Below, piece after piece: positions 55,495 through 64,000 of a DNA stretch of 64,000 nt. The notes under the pieces were generated by a model. That model was not told where the DNA came from. It searched no databases and worked only from the letters and a program-made list of their open reading frames with translations. Position 1 is the stretch's first letter. Each line of letters starts with the position of its first letter. Source of the stretch: an uncultured Lentisphaerales bacterium (GTDB lineage: Bacteria; Verrucomicrobiota; Lentisphaeria; JABSQK01; UBA12247); the NCBI GenBank assembly GCA_943788985.1, contig CALSSJ010000018.1, forward strand, positions 32,001 through 96,000, given 5' to 3'. A program made the translations under genes and the position numbers.

Positions 55495-56459
55495 AGACGC
55501 GATCAGAGCTGTGGGCCACCCTGGTGCTCATTCCCATCGTCTTGCTCGCGGTCTATCCGTTCGTCTGGATGTTCTTCTCCAGCTTCAAGTCCAATAACGA
55601 GATCTACAAACCCACGCAGCTATTGCCTCAGGACCACTCGTTTGACCTGCAGTACGTCGACCAGCTACTGTCGTGGCACAAAGACGAGGCCGACCTGCTG
55701 AAAGCCCAGGCGGCTGCCATCCGCAGCCGCACGCAGTCGCTAGCCTACGATAGTGAGGCCTTTGCAGCCCTCATCGAGCAGGCGGACGTGATCGAAGGCC
55801 AGGCCCTTGCGGTCAAGCGTGACGACCTCTTCGATTTCAGAACTGCCTTTTGCAATTCACTCCTGATCGCCGTATTGCAGGCCTTCGGAGCCGTGGTCCT
55901 GTGTGCCTGCGCTGGTTTCGTCTTCGGAAAGTACAGCTTCAAGGGCAAAACCTGTCTTCTGGGCGTGGCGTTGCTGACCATCCTCATCCCGCGGCAGGTC
56001 ATCGCCCTACCGTTGTCGGAGTGGCTTATCCAGCTCCAGCTCTACGACAGCTTATGGGCCATAATTTTGCCCGGGACTGTCACCGGAATTGGCCTGCTAT
56101 TCTTTGCTAAAATGTTCAGACAGGTGCCCGAGGAGCTACTGGAAGTCGCGCGCACCGAAGGCGCCAGCGAACTCCGGGTGTTCTTCACGGTGCTGCCGCT
56201 GGTCAAGTCCTCATTACTGACCTTTGCCTTTATTCAGTTCACCATGGCCTGGCACGAACATCTGATGCCGCTGCTGATGCTCGAGTCGGACAACGAGACT
56301 TTACCGTTAGCCCTGAGCAGCTTGCTCAGCAGCAGCTTACGCTTCCCGAGAGCCGTGGTCATGGCAGGCGGCTTTTTCATGATTGTTCCCACCATCCTGC
56401 TATTCATCTTCCTCTACCGGCAGATCAAGTCCTCCCTGTCAGAGCTGATCCTGCACTGA
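55491..56459 (+). CDS. Sugar ABC transporter permease
   Basis: PFVWMFFSSFK, NSLL and the EAA-like loop VPEELLEVARTEGAS. Confidence 0.9.
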   Translation: MKTRSELWATLVLIPIVLLAVYPFVWMFFSSFKSNNEIYKPTQLLPQDHSFDLQYVDQLLSWHKDEADLLKAQAAAIRSRTQSLAYDSEAFAALIEQADVIEGQALAVKRDDLFDFRTAFCNSLLIAVLQAFGAVVLCACAGFVFGKYSFKGKTCLLGVALLTILIPRQVIALPLSEWLIQLQLYDSLWAIILPGTVTGIGLLFFAKMFRQVPEELLEVARTEGASELRVFFTVLPLVKSSLLTFAFIQFTMAWHEHLMPLLMLESDNETLPLALSSLLSSSLRFPRAVVMAGGFFMIVPTILLFIFLYRQIKSSLSELILH

Positions 56460-56631
56460 CAGATAATGCCCCGATGACGCCCGACCAGCAGTAACACCGT
56501 CCGGCGTCAACACAGTCATGAGGTCGTCGGGCGTCACCAAGTCATCAAGTCAGCCCGTCCTGCTCTTACGTGGCCACGCCACGCGGAGTGGCGGAGTGGC
56601 GGAGTGGAATGGGACTGCGTGAGGCCCCTAC

Positions 56632-57333
56632 TTACTCGGTGGCTTCTGGTTCAGACTCGGTTGTAAATCCGAATTCTGAGGAGATATAGGCGACGACATC
56701 AAGGAGTGCGCGATCGTCGAGGCTGGACAACTGCTCCGCCATGAGGCGCCCCTCTCCGTCATCTGGATGCACCCCGCGACGTCCATTTTTAAAATGGCGC
56801 AGCTGAGAAATCAGGTACCAGTCTTCACACACTGCGAGCGAGCCCGTCTTGAACTCCGCTGATCCTGCCGCACGTGGCCCGTGACAGGGCAGACAATTGC
56901 CTTCGTAGATGACCTTGCCCTTGGTGGCATCGCCCTTGACGCTGGGCTGATAAGGTTGGGGCGGGAGGCTGGCAAGATAGTCTGCGATGCGCTCGAGGTC
57001 TGCTGTCGCTAGCTCATCGCTGGCTGCTCCCATCAGGGCCTCTTGGCGATGAGCCGAGTTTCTCCCGCGCTGGCCCTGCTTGAATTTCTGCAACTGCCGC
57101 AACAGGTAATGGCTTTGCTGCCCATCAAGAATTGGTCCCCGTTGGACTTCTCGGTTGCTGTGGCAGAGCAGGCAATCCTGGTAGAGAGACGAGGTCGTTC
57201 GAGGGGCAGGGGAGGGGAACTGTGTACAGCCGACGAGCAGACAGCCCACCAGCAAGAGCACTGTGGCTTGTGCTTGTGGATGGTGGCGCCGCCGCGTTGC
57301 GGAGTCCGCACAGGGCAAGGCTCCTCGCACCAT
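56632..57333 (-). CDS. Diheme cytochrome c4-like protein, possibly a lipoprotein
   Basis: CLLCH and CLPCH, YL..QL..FK.G.R twice, and an LVGC lipobox-like motif. The start is uncertain. Confidence 0.8.
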   Translation of the reverse strand: MVRGALPCADSATRRRHHPQAQATVLLLVGCLLVGCTQFPSPAPRTTSSLYQDCLLCHSNREVQRGPILDGQQSHYLLRQLQKFKQGQRGRNSAHRQEALMGAASDELATADLERIADYLASLPPQPYQPSVKGDATKGKVIYEGNCLPCHGPRAAGSAEFKTGSLAVCEDWYLISQLRHFKNGRRGVHPDDGEGRLMAEQLSSLDDRALLDVVAYISSEFGFTTESEPEATE

Positions 57334-57355
57334 GAGCTGGCGGGTGAGAACTGGC

Positions 57356-58897
57356 CTATTCAATTGAAGGTCTCTGGGTGCGATACTCGTCTTCGCAAGC
57401 CTGCCATTGAGCGCGCATTTCCTGGCATTTATTTGGCATCTGACTGGACTGATCAACCATTTCGCAACGGTCAGTCGAAAGGTCGTAGAGGGCCCAGGAA
57501 TTGTCGCTGGCACCCTGGTCGACGAGCGATTCGTTCACCAGTTTCCAGTCGCCCACTCGCAGAGCCCGGTTGCCTGCGTGGTGAAAATAGATATGATCGC
57601 GTGTCACGCTGCCGTCTTGTGCGAACGTGGGGACCAGGCTCTTGCCGGGCAGCGTCGGAGCCCCAGCCGGGATGGGAATTTCCGCTGGGTCGACGCCAGC
57701 CAACTCGAGAATGGTCGGCAGAAAGTCAATCACATGGCCCATGTCGTGGCGCAATGCGCCGCGTGCCTTGATCCCGTTCGGCCAAGACGCTACCAGTGCT
57801 GTAGACACGCCGCCTTCATGTACCCAGATCTTATGCCGCCGGAAGGGGGCATTGCTGCAGGTCGACCAGCCAGGCCCAAGACACAGGTGGCTCATTTCCG
57901 AGCCCGCAGGTACACTTGGATCATGGCCTTGGCCACGGATCATCATCTCCGCGCTGGCGCCATTGTCCGACAAAAACAGCACCAGCGTATCCTCACGCAC
58001 AGCCATCGCCTCAAGCTGGTTCAGCAGCCGCCCGATCTCTCGATCCGTCCGATCGACCATGGCCGCATGAATGGCCATCTTGGTCGCTTGGAATCGCTTT
58101 TGCTCGGCGCTCAGCGAATCCCACGGGACGGCATACTCGATTTCACCGGGCCCGTACTGGTCGTCCCACTCGTCCTTGCCGGCTAGATAGTGCGGTGCGG
58201 GTACATCTGGCTCGCGTGCCGAGAGATCACAGTTGACGATCCCCAGCGCGCGCAGGCGCTGCCAGCGCCGTTCGCGCATGACATCCCAGCCTTCTTCATA
58301 CCGGTCCATATAGTTGTCGATGTCTTCCTGTTCCGCCTGAACTGGAAAGTGGGGTGTGGTGTAGCAGACGTAATGAAAGAAGGGCGTTTCTGCGTGGCGA
58401 GCATGATGCTCCTCCAAGCATTCCAGAGCGTGGTCGGTAATCGCGGTCGCCGAAAACTTCGTGCCGCCATCCTCCTGATGGAAGAAATGACCGTATTGCT
58501 CGATAGTGCCCCCGGAGCTTTTGTCGAAGCCGCCATCCCGTTCGGGATCCTTCGTATTGTGCATGTGCCACTTGCCGGAGTGATAGCTGCGGTAGCCGCA
58601 CGGGTCGAGATGCTGGGGGAGCAACTGCTGCCACGGCGGGCGATATCCCGTGGGCGGATCCATGCAGACCTGTGGCGGATAGTAGCCGGTCAAGATCCCC
58701 GCGCGGGACGGCCAGCAGCGACCAGTATTGTAAAACTGCGTGAAGCGCACGCCGGACGAGGCCAGGCGGTCCACGTTGGGCGTTTCGATTTCGCCGCCAT
58801 AACAGCCGGGATCGGAGTAGCCCATATCATCCATCACCACCAGCATGATGTTCGGGCGTCGGCCTGCCAATGATTCTGTTGGACTTGGCGTCGTCAT
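57356..58897 (-). CDS. Arylsulfatase (S1 family)
   Basis: PNIMLVVMDDMG, CWPSR, GKWH, LSDNGAS and HEGG. Confidence 0.95.
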   Translation of the reverse strand: MTTPSPTESLAGRRPNIMLVVMDDMGYSDPGCYGGEIETPNVDRLASSGVRFTQFYNTGRCWPSRAGILTGYYPPQVCMDPPTGYRPPWQQLLPQHLDPCGYRSYHSGKWHMHNTKDPERDGGFDKSSGGTIEQYGHFFHQEDGGTKFSATAITDHALECLEEHHARHAETPFFHYVCYTTPHFPVQAEQEDIDNYMDRYEEGWDVMRERRWQRLRALGIVNCDLSAREPDVPAPHYLAGKDEWDDQYGPGEIEYAVPWDSLSAEQKRFQATKMAIHAAMVDRTDREIGRLLNQLEAMAVREDTLVLFLSDNGASAEMMIRGQGHDPSVPAGSEMSHLCLGPGWSTCSNAPFRRHKIWVHEGGVSTALVASWPNGIKARGALRHDMGHVIDFLPTILELAGVDPAEIPIPAGAPTLPGKSLVPTFAQDGSVTRDHIYFHHAGNRALRVGDWKLVNESLVDQGASDNSWALYDLSTDRCEMVDQSSQMPNKCQEMRAQWQACEDEYRTQRPSIE

Positions 58898-59022
58898 GAT
58901 ATGGGTTCCTTTGGTGTCGCTTATTGTCGCCACATCAGTCGTGCGACAGAGATACCGCGCCGCGCTATTGGCCCCTTTTGGGATTCACGGCAAGATGAGC
59001 ACAGAAATCAAGGAAACTATAG

Positions 59023-59421
59023 ATGATAAAACGACTCTCACTTACCTGCGCCAGCCTGATTTGCGCTGTGATGCTCTTCCCGCAGTTCGTCAACGCCCTC
59101 GACAGCCCTGCCACCACACTCGCCATTGGCGGGGCTAAAATGCCGGCATATCCTGATGGCCAGAACCTCTTCGGTAAGGACTACAAAGTGGTTGACTCCG
59201 CCTTCAGCGCCCGCGACAGCTGTGACTATACTATCGACCGTATTCGCACCGTTCGCACTGAGACGTTCCGTTACCTGCGCAATTGCTTTCCCGACTGGCC
59301 CCTGTTGCAAGTGCAATATTGGGACAAGCGCCCCGAGGTTGTTGACATGCCCGCCCACAGATCCACCGGCTATTGCCGCGGCGGTCTGTGGGCACGGGAC
59401 GATCGGTTGGGGGAGCCATGA
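59023..59421 (+). pseudogene. Sulfatase with a large internal deletion
   Basis: A signal peptide is fused to a C-terminal sulfatase segment, ATTLAI.G...FSARD.CDYTIDRIRTVRT..FRYLRN. No CxPxR. Confidence 0.65.
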
Positions 59422-60090
59422 TCATTGCTGTGGGTTCAGGGGGGCGCTTTTAAGGAGCGCAGGAATCTCAGTAATAGATCCGAGAACTCGGTCGGCAGCC
59501 GCCCAGTCGGCATTCTCAGTCAACGTCAACGTGCTGGGGATAACCCAGCAGCGCAGCCCGGCAGCCGTCGCAGCCGCCAGGCCGCGTGGCGAATCCTCGA
59601 TCACCAAAGCGCTCGCTGGGGGGCAACCACTGCGCCTAAGGGCTAACAGATACGACTCTGGATCTGGCTTCGACTGCGCATAGTCCTCGCGCACGAGCAC
59701 AAACTCAAAGAAGCGGCGAAACCCGGTCGTCTCGTGAATGGCCTCAAAATGCTCACCACGGGAACTGGTTACCACCGCCATGCGCGTGCTGGGATACAGA
59801 GCCGCCAGCACTGCCTCAGCGCCTGGGCAGACCGTCGAATTCGCGTGGAGTAGTTCGGTATACCGGGCATTGCGCCGCAAGCGCTGTGCCTCGAGCCAGT
59901 TCAAGTCGGCAGCGCAGTCGCCAAGCAGATGCCAGGCACCTCGGTTGTCACGCAGGTAGGTCTCTTCGTAGTCTTGGCGGCTCAGCGTCACGCCCAGCTC
60001 TGCAAACACTTCGCAGGTCGCCTGGAAGTACAGCGGCTCAGTTTCCACCAGAACCCCGTCGTTGTCCCAAAATATCATTTCAATAGCCAT
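59422..60090 (-). CDS. HAD-superfamily phosphatase (beta-phosphoglucomutase-like)
   Basis: FWDNDGVLVETE, VTSS, KPDP and IEDSPRG. Confidence 0.9.
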   Translation of the reverse strand: MAIEMIFWDNDGVLVETEPLYFQATCEVFAELGVTLSRQDYEETYLRDNRGAWHLLGDCAADLNWLEAQRLRRNARYTELLHANSTVCPGAEAVLAALYPSTRMAVVTSSRGEHFEAIHETTGFRRFFEFVLVREDYAQSKPDPESYLLALRRSGCPPASALVIEDSPRGLAAATAAGLRCWVIPSTLTLTENADWAAADRVLGSITEIPALLKSAPLNPQQ

Positions 60091-60337
60091 GTTCACACCG
60101 TAGCGGCTTGCGAACCCCCGACCACCGAGCCACGTCGGCAATTCGAGCCTGTTGGTGCAGTGTTTTCCTGTGCCTAAATCCTTTGTTGCCCATAGCCTGC
60201 TCCTTCGTGGCTAGGTTCATACCGCAATTCCTTCCGAACGCTCGCCGCCCATTCTCTTAGCAGCCCGTGGAAAAACTCACGGGGCTGTTGCTGGCAGGTA
60301 ACGTTTTGCGGAGACCGCAAAACCTGAAGTGTCTGTG

Positions 60338-61525
60338 ATGTGGAGGGAAGAGCACCTTTCGATCAGCCTATTGTTGGTGATTGTTGCGGTATTGCCGGTG
60401 CTGGCTGACGACGCAAGGAGCGGTCTTTCCGATGGGCGCCGCAAGACGTTTACGCTCCCCGGCCCCAATCAGGACGGCTGTCTCTAGCTCCGGCACGTGC
60501 ACAAGCGATTTCCCGAGATCGACCGGGGGGCGTTGGGTCGACTCTAGCTGCAGGCAGATAACTGATCGTTCATCAAGCTAGGAAATCTCCCAAAACGCAA
60601 CGGATCAGCGCTGCTCGTGACCTCCAACACCGGAGCCCGGGTGCGCGTGCGCACCCACGACCTCCACATTGATGATCGCGGCAGAGGGCGTCTAGCTCGG
60701 AAGTCCCCAGGACCAGCCGCAGTTCGCTGCGGCACCGAGTTGATGCAGATCGGCCAGCTGGGAGGAGACACTGAGATCCACCACAATGCTTTCCTGCTCA
60801 GCGTGCTTGCCCGGAAAGATCCGTTCCAGCGGTACCAAGGCATCTTTATTGGCGGTGTCGAAACCCTCCTCAGCTTGCAGCCGTAGGCCGTCGCCGGTGA
60901 TTCTCTCGAAGCAGCGGATCTCGGGCATATCCAGCACAACTACTACAGCGACGGGCGCAACCTCGCGGTCTAGATCGGGAACGGGAGCGATGGCTTTACT
61001 ACCTATCGGTTCGAGCACAACTGGTTCCGAGCTATGGACTTTTGCTACGCGGAGCTTGTGCCCGATTGGTCTGCGCCCGCGGAATTGATTCGGCTGCACG
61101 ACAGGCAAAATAATGCTGTGGAGCTGATTGAAAACAGCTGGCAAAATGGCTATGAGCGGCCGGCAAGCAAGCGGGATGCTGTCCGGGAGAAGAAGAGTAG
61201 CACAGAAAAGAAAGCGCCGGCATTGCCTTTCGAGACGCGGGCTTTTCTGTGGATTTTGATTGGCTCTTCTGCCGCGAAGCTGTCAGGGATATTGCGTTCA
61301 AGCTTCAGACTCTCAAGGCTTGCCGCGGGCTGGCATGGTCTAGTGTCGGCACGAGCAGAGGTCGTCTGGTGCGAGGCAACGATCTCGCGGGCGATTCTCC
61401 TGAGCGCAACGCACCTGCAGATCGCCGGGGGCAGCCAGCACAATGAAATTGCCGCTGAGAGCACCGCGCCGCTCTTCAGAAACGCAGTCTTTGAAGAAGG
61501 CGTCGGCGCTGGTGCCAAACAGTGA
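60338..61525 (+). pseudogene. Secreted hypothetical protein with five in-frame stops
   Basis: One frame from ATG 60338 with a signal-like start. Stops at 60485, 60545, 60563, 60884 and 60971. Confidence 0.45.
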
Positions 61526-61754
61526 TGCTGTAATCTATCTTGCTGTTTGACTGAATGATCAGATGACACGGTAATTGACATGGTTGACGCGGTAGGACCA
61601 TCACCGAGTCACCAGGCCATCAAGTCATCCAGTGATAAGGTCAGTTGCCGGCAGTTGAACAACGCATGGGGGCGCAGTTCTACGCATCGTTATGTTGTGT
61701 TGCAGAGTCAGCCGTGTAATACGGGAAACTTGTTCTCAATCATCCGTAGGGCCC

Positions 61755-62720
61755 ATGATGCAAAACCGATTTCTTTATTCCGCGCTTTTGGCGGCTCTCC
61801 TGTTCTCGCTGTGCGTATCGCAGGTTTGTGCAAATCCAGACATGCTTCCTAAGATCGATCAGGCGCTGGCTGGGCTAAAAACAAAGGTAGAGGTGAAAGC
61901 ACCGTACAAGGTGCTGGTGTACCATCAGGCTTCTGGGTATAAGCACCCTTCCATCCCAACCATCAATACCTGCTTTCAGCGCATGGGCGAAGTCACGGGT
62001 GCCTTCAGTGCGGACCTGAGCGGCGACGCGGCAGAACTGACGGCTGAGAAGCTGAAGGGATACGACTTGGTGATTTTTAATAACACGACGAAGATTCAAA
62101 AGGTGTTTACGACGCCGGAGCATAGGGCAGCGCTGTTGGATTATGTGCGAAATGGGGGCGGCCTCGTGGCGATTCATGCTGCCACGGATGCTGGGTTCCC
62201 GCAGTGGCCGGAGTACACGAAGATGGTAGGCGGTGTCTTCGACGGCCACCCTTGGACGGCCAACGGCACGTGGGGGATTCGCATCGAAGACCCGAAGCAT
62301 TGCTGCATGGATCATCTGAATGGCGAAAGCTTCACGCTGAAGGATGAGTTGTACAAGTTCAAGGAATACGATCGCGTGAATCAGCGCGTGCTGGCGACAG
62401 TAGATACACAGGTGTCGCCGAAGGGGGCTAAACAGCGCACGGACAACGATCATGCGCTGGCTTGGCTGCGCGAGTATGGCAAGGGCAAGGTATTTGTCTC
62501 GGCATTCGGGCACAATCACTCGATTTGCTGGGATCAGCGTATTTTGCAGATGTGGCTGAACGGGATTCAGTTTGCTGCTGGGGATCTAGCCTGCGAGACC
62601 GAGGCGCTGGTGCGGCCAGAGTGGCAGAAGGAGCCAACGCCGGAGGTTAAGGAAGAACCGAAGAAAGCTAAGAAGCGGCGCAAGAAGCCAGCTCAAGGCA
62701 GGAAGAAGGCTAACCAGTAA
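61755..62720 (+). CDS. ThuA-like domain protein, secreted
   Basis: GYKHPSI, IFNNTT, GLVAIHAA, FDGHPW, DELY, YGKGKVF and FGHN, with a Lys-rich tail. Confidence 0.85.
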   Translation: MMQNRFLYSALLAALLFSLCVSQVCANPDMLPKIDQALAGLKTKVEVKAPYKVLVYHQASGYKHPSIPTINTCFQRMGEVTGAFSADLSGDAAELTAEKLKGYDLVIFNNTTKIQKVFTTPEHRAALLDYVRNGGGLVAIHAATDAGFPQWPEYTKMVGGVFDGHPWTANGTWGIRIEDPKHCCMDHLNGESFTLKDELYKFKEYDRVNQRVLATVDTQVSPKGAKQRTDNDHALAWLREYGKGKVFVSAFGHNHSICWDQRILQMWLNGIQFAAGDLACETEALVRPEWQKEPTPEVKEEPKKAKKRRKKPAQGRKKANQ

Positions 62721-62979
62721 GCTCCCGCGCGGTGTGTCGGACCTAGCGTCGCCAGCTGCAAAACCGTCTCCACCTGCGCAGTTTGCCAGCGATTCCGGTT
62801 CCGGATTCGCGTCGTGTGCGCTTCAATCGTTTGAATTCTGTGCGAAATCGATACAATATTGGCTTCGGGGATCTCAATCCGACAGGCTTCTCGCCTGCGT
62901 TATTCACACTAATCTACTACGAGCGCCTGATGCATTCACTCTCAGCAATTGACGTTGCTTGCCTGCTTCAGCATCTGTG

Positions 62980-63778
62980 ATGAGCGTTTCCTACCAGGCA
63001 ACTCAAGATCATGTCGGCATGGTGCGACGGCTGCGCCGCGGGATCAATGGTCTAGGGGCACGCTGCCGTTGCTGCTTCTGCGAGACAAGCTTTTGGAAGT
63101 TCTCGAAATATCGAGGTGGCTGGGAAGCGGTTTCTTCGTATCTGCGCGAGCTGGATTGGGTGAGCAGTGAATTCGATCATTTCTGGTGCCCGTTTTGTCG
63201 TAGTCATGATCGCGAACGGCACTTGAAGTACTTTTTTGATGCGCTCGATTTCTGGCGTCGTTTTGAGGGGGCAGTAGTGCTGCATCTGGCACCGGAGAAG
63301 CACTTGGGCCGTTGCATTGAGTCATGCGGGCCAGAGCGTTATTTGCAGGGGGACCTGGTGCCGGTGCGTGAGACGATCGAGGTAGTGGATGTGACAGATA
63401 TTCACGAGGAAGATGATAGTTTTTGACGTAGTGCTGTGTAATCACGTACTGGAGCATGTGCCTGAGGATGCGAAGGCGTTGGGAGAGTTGTTTCGGGTGC
63501 TAAAACCGGGCGGCGTGGCGATTCTGCAGACACCGTTTGCGGCGAAGCTCGGTAAGACGCGCGAGCGCGACCCCGAAGTTACGACAGAGGCGCAGTGCCT
63601 GGAGTTTTATGGCCAGGAGGATCATGTCCGCTTGTATGGCACGGACTTGATGGATCGGATTGGCGCGGCCGGCTTCGAGTTGGATTTGCAGACGCATGAT
63701 GCAGTGCTCCCGGAATTGGATTGTGGTGTGGCCGGTGTGAGCAGGAATGAGCGGTTAATTCTAGCGCGTAAGGCCTGA
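62980..63778 (+). CDS. Class I SAM-dependent methyltransferase with a +1 frameshift at ~63420
   Basis: CPFCRSHDRERH and VLHLAPE, then FDVVLCNHVLEHVP..ELFRVLKPGG and GQEDHVR. The shift is in a T-run. Confidence 0.8.
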
Positions 63779-63818
63779 GATTTTTTGATTTTCAAACGAA
63801 GAGACCGGCGAGGGCAAG

Positions 63819-64000
63819 ATGAAGAGAGTACCACTGGAAAGTTTAAATCGGCGTAGCTTTTTGAAGGTCGCCGGTACGGCGGCTGTCGGGCTGCCCAATA
63901 TCATTACGTCGAATGCGCTGGGCGCGAATGGCGTGCCGGCGGCGAGCGGGCGCATCGTCATGGCCGGGCTTGGCATGGGCGGAAGAGGGCAGGGCGTCTT
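63819..64000 (+). CDS. Tat-exported Gfo/Idh/MocA oxidoreductase, N-terminal part only
   Basis: NRRSFLK Tat motif, then P.II...ALG...AS.RI..AGLGMGGRG (Rossmann start). Confidence 0.75.
   Translation, partial: MKRVPLESLNRRSFLKVAGTAAVGLPNIITSNALGANGVPAASGRIVMAGLGMGGRGQGV

Noticed and set aside
56583..56607. (GCGGAGTG)x3 tandem repeat
   Set aside because: A short simple repeat with no spacers, so not CRISPR and no evident function.
60303..60323. Hairpin GTTTTGCGG-AGA-CCGCAAAAC as a terminator
   Set aside because: It lies between divergent starts and has no downstream U-tract on either strand. An operator role is possible but unsupported.
14144..61525. Stop-codon recoding (amber readthrough) to explain the in-frame TAGs
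   Set aside because: Intact genes end in TAG at their natural C-termini (11361, 35414, 50241). No pyrrolysine machinery or suppressor tRNA is seen.

Overview
GC-rich bacterial DNA, most consistent with a PVC-superphylum carbohydrate degrader (Lentisphaerota/Planctomycetota/Verrucomicrobiota-like). The evidence is four full-length sulfatases, GH31/GH78/GH95-like hydrolases, rhaA, ThuA proteins and a PVC-type CxxCH heme protein. One housekeeping block runs nrdA-pyrF-nrdB-flippase-like gene-topB, and NrdB carries the class Ic (Mn/Fe) signature. Between ~9.5 and 21 kb there are five attC-like integron sites, all on the minus strand and with no integrase in the window. They lie among cassette-like ORFs, a toxin-antitoxin pair with a nonsense-mutated toxin, an AT-rich island and an IS3 remnant. 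Other notable items: a probable GT2::DUF5060/GH5-like fusion gene broken by many frameshifts, a GxxExxY gene bracketed by CGCGAAA repeats, a 36-bp inverted-repeat pair, IS91 and IS1634 remnants and many pseudogenes. No rRNA, tRNA or CRISPR array was seen. All calls are by eye from motifs; no database search was run.
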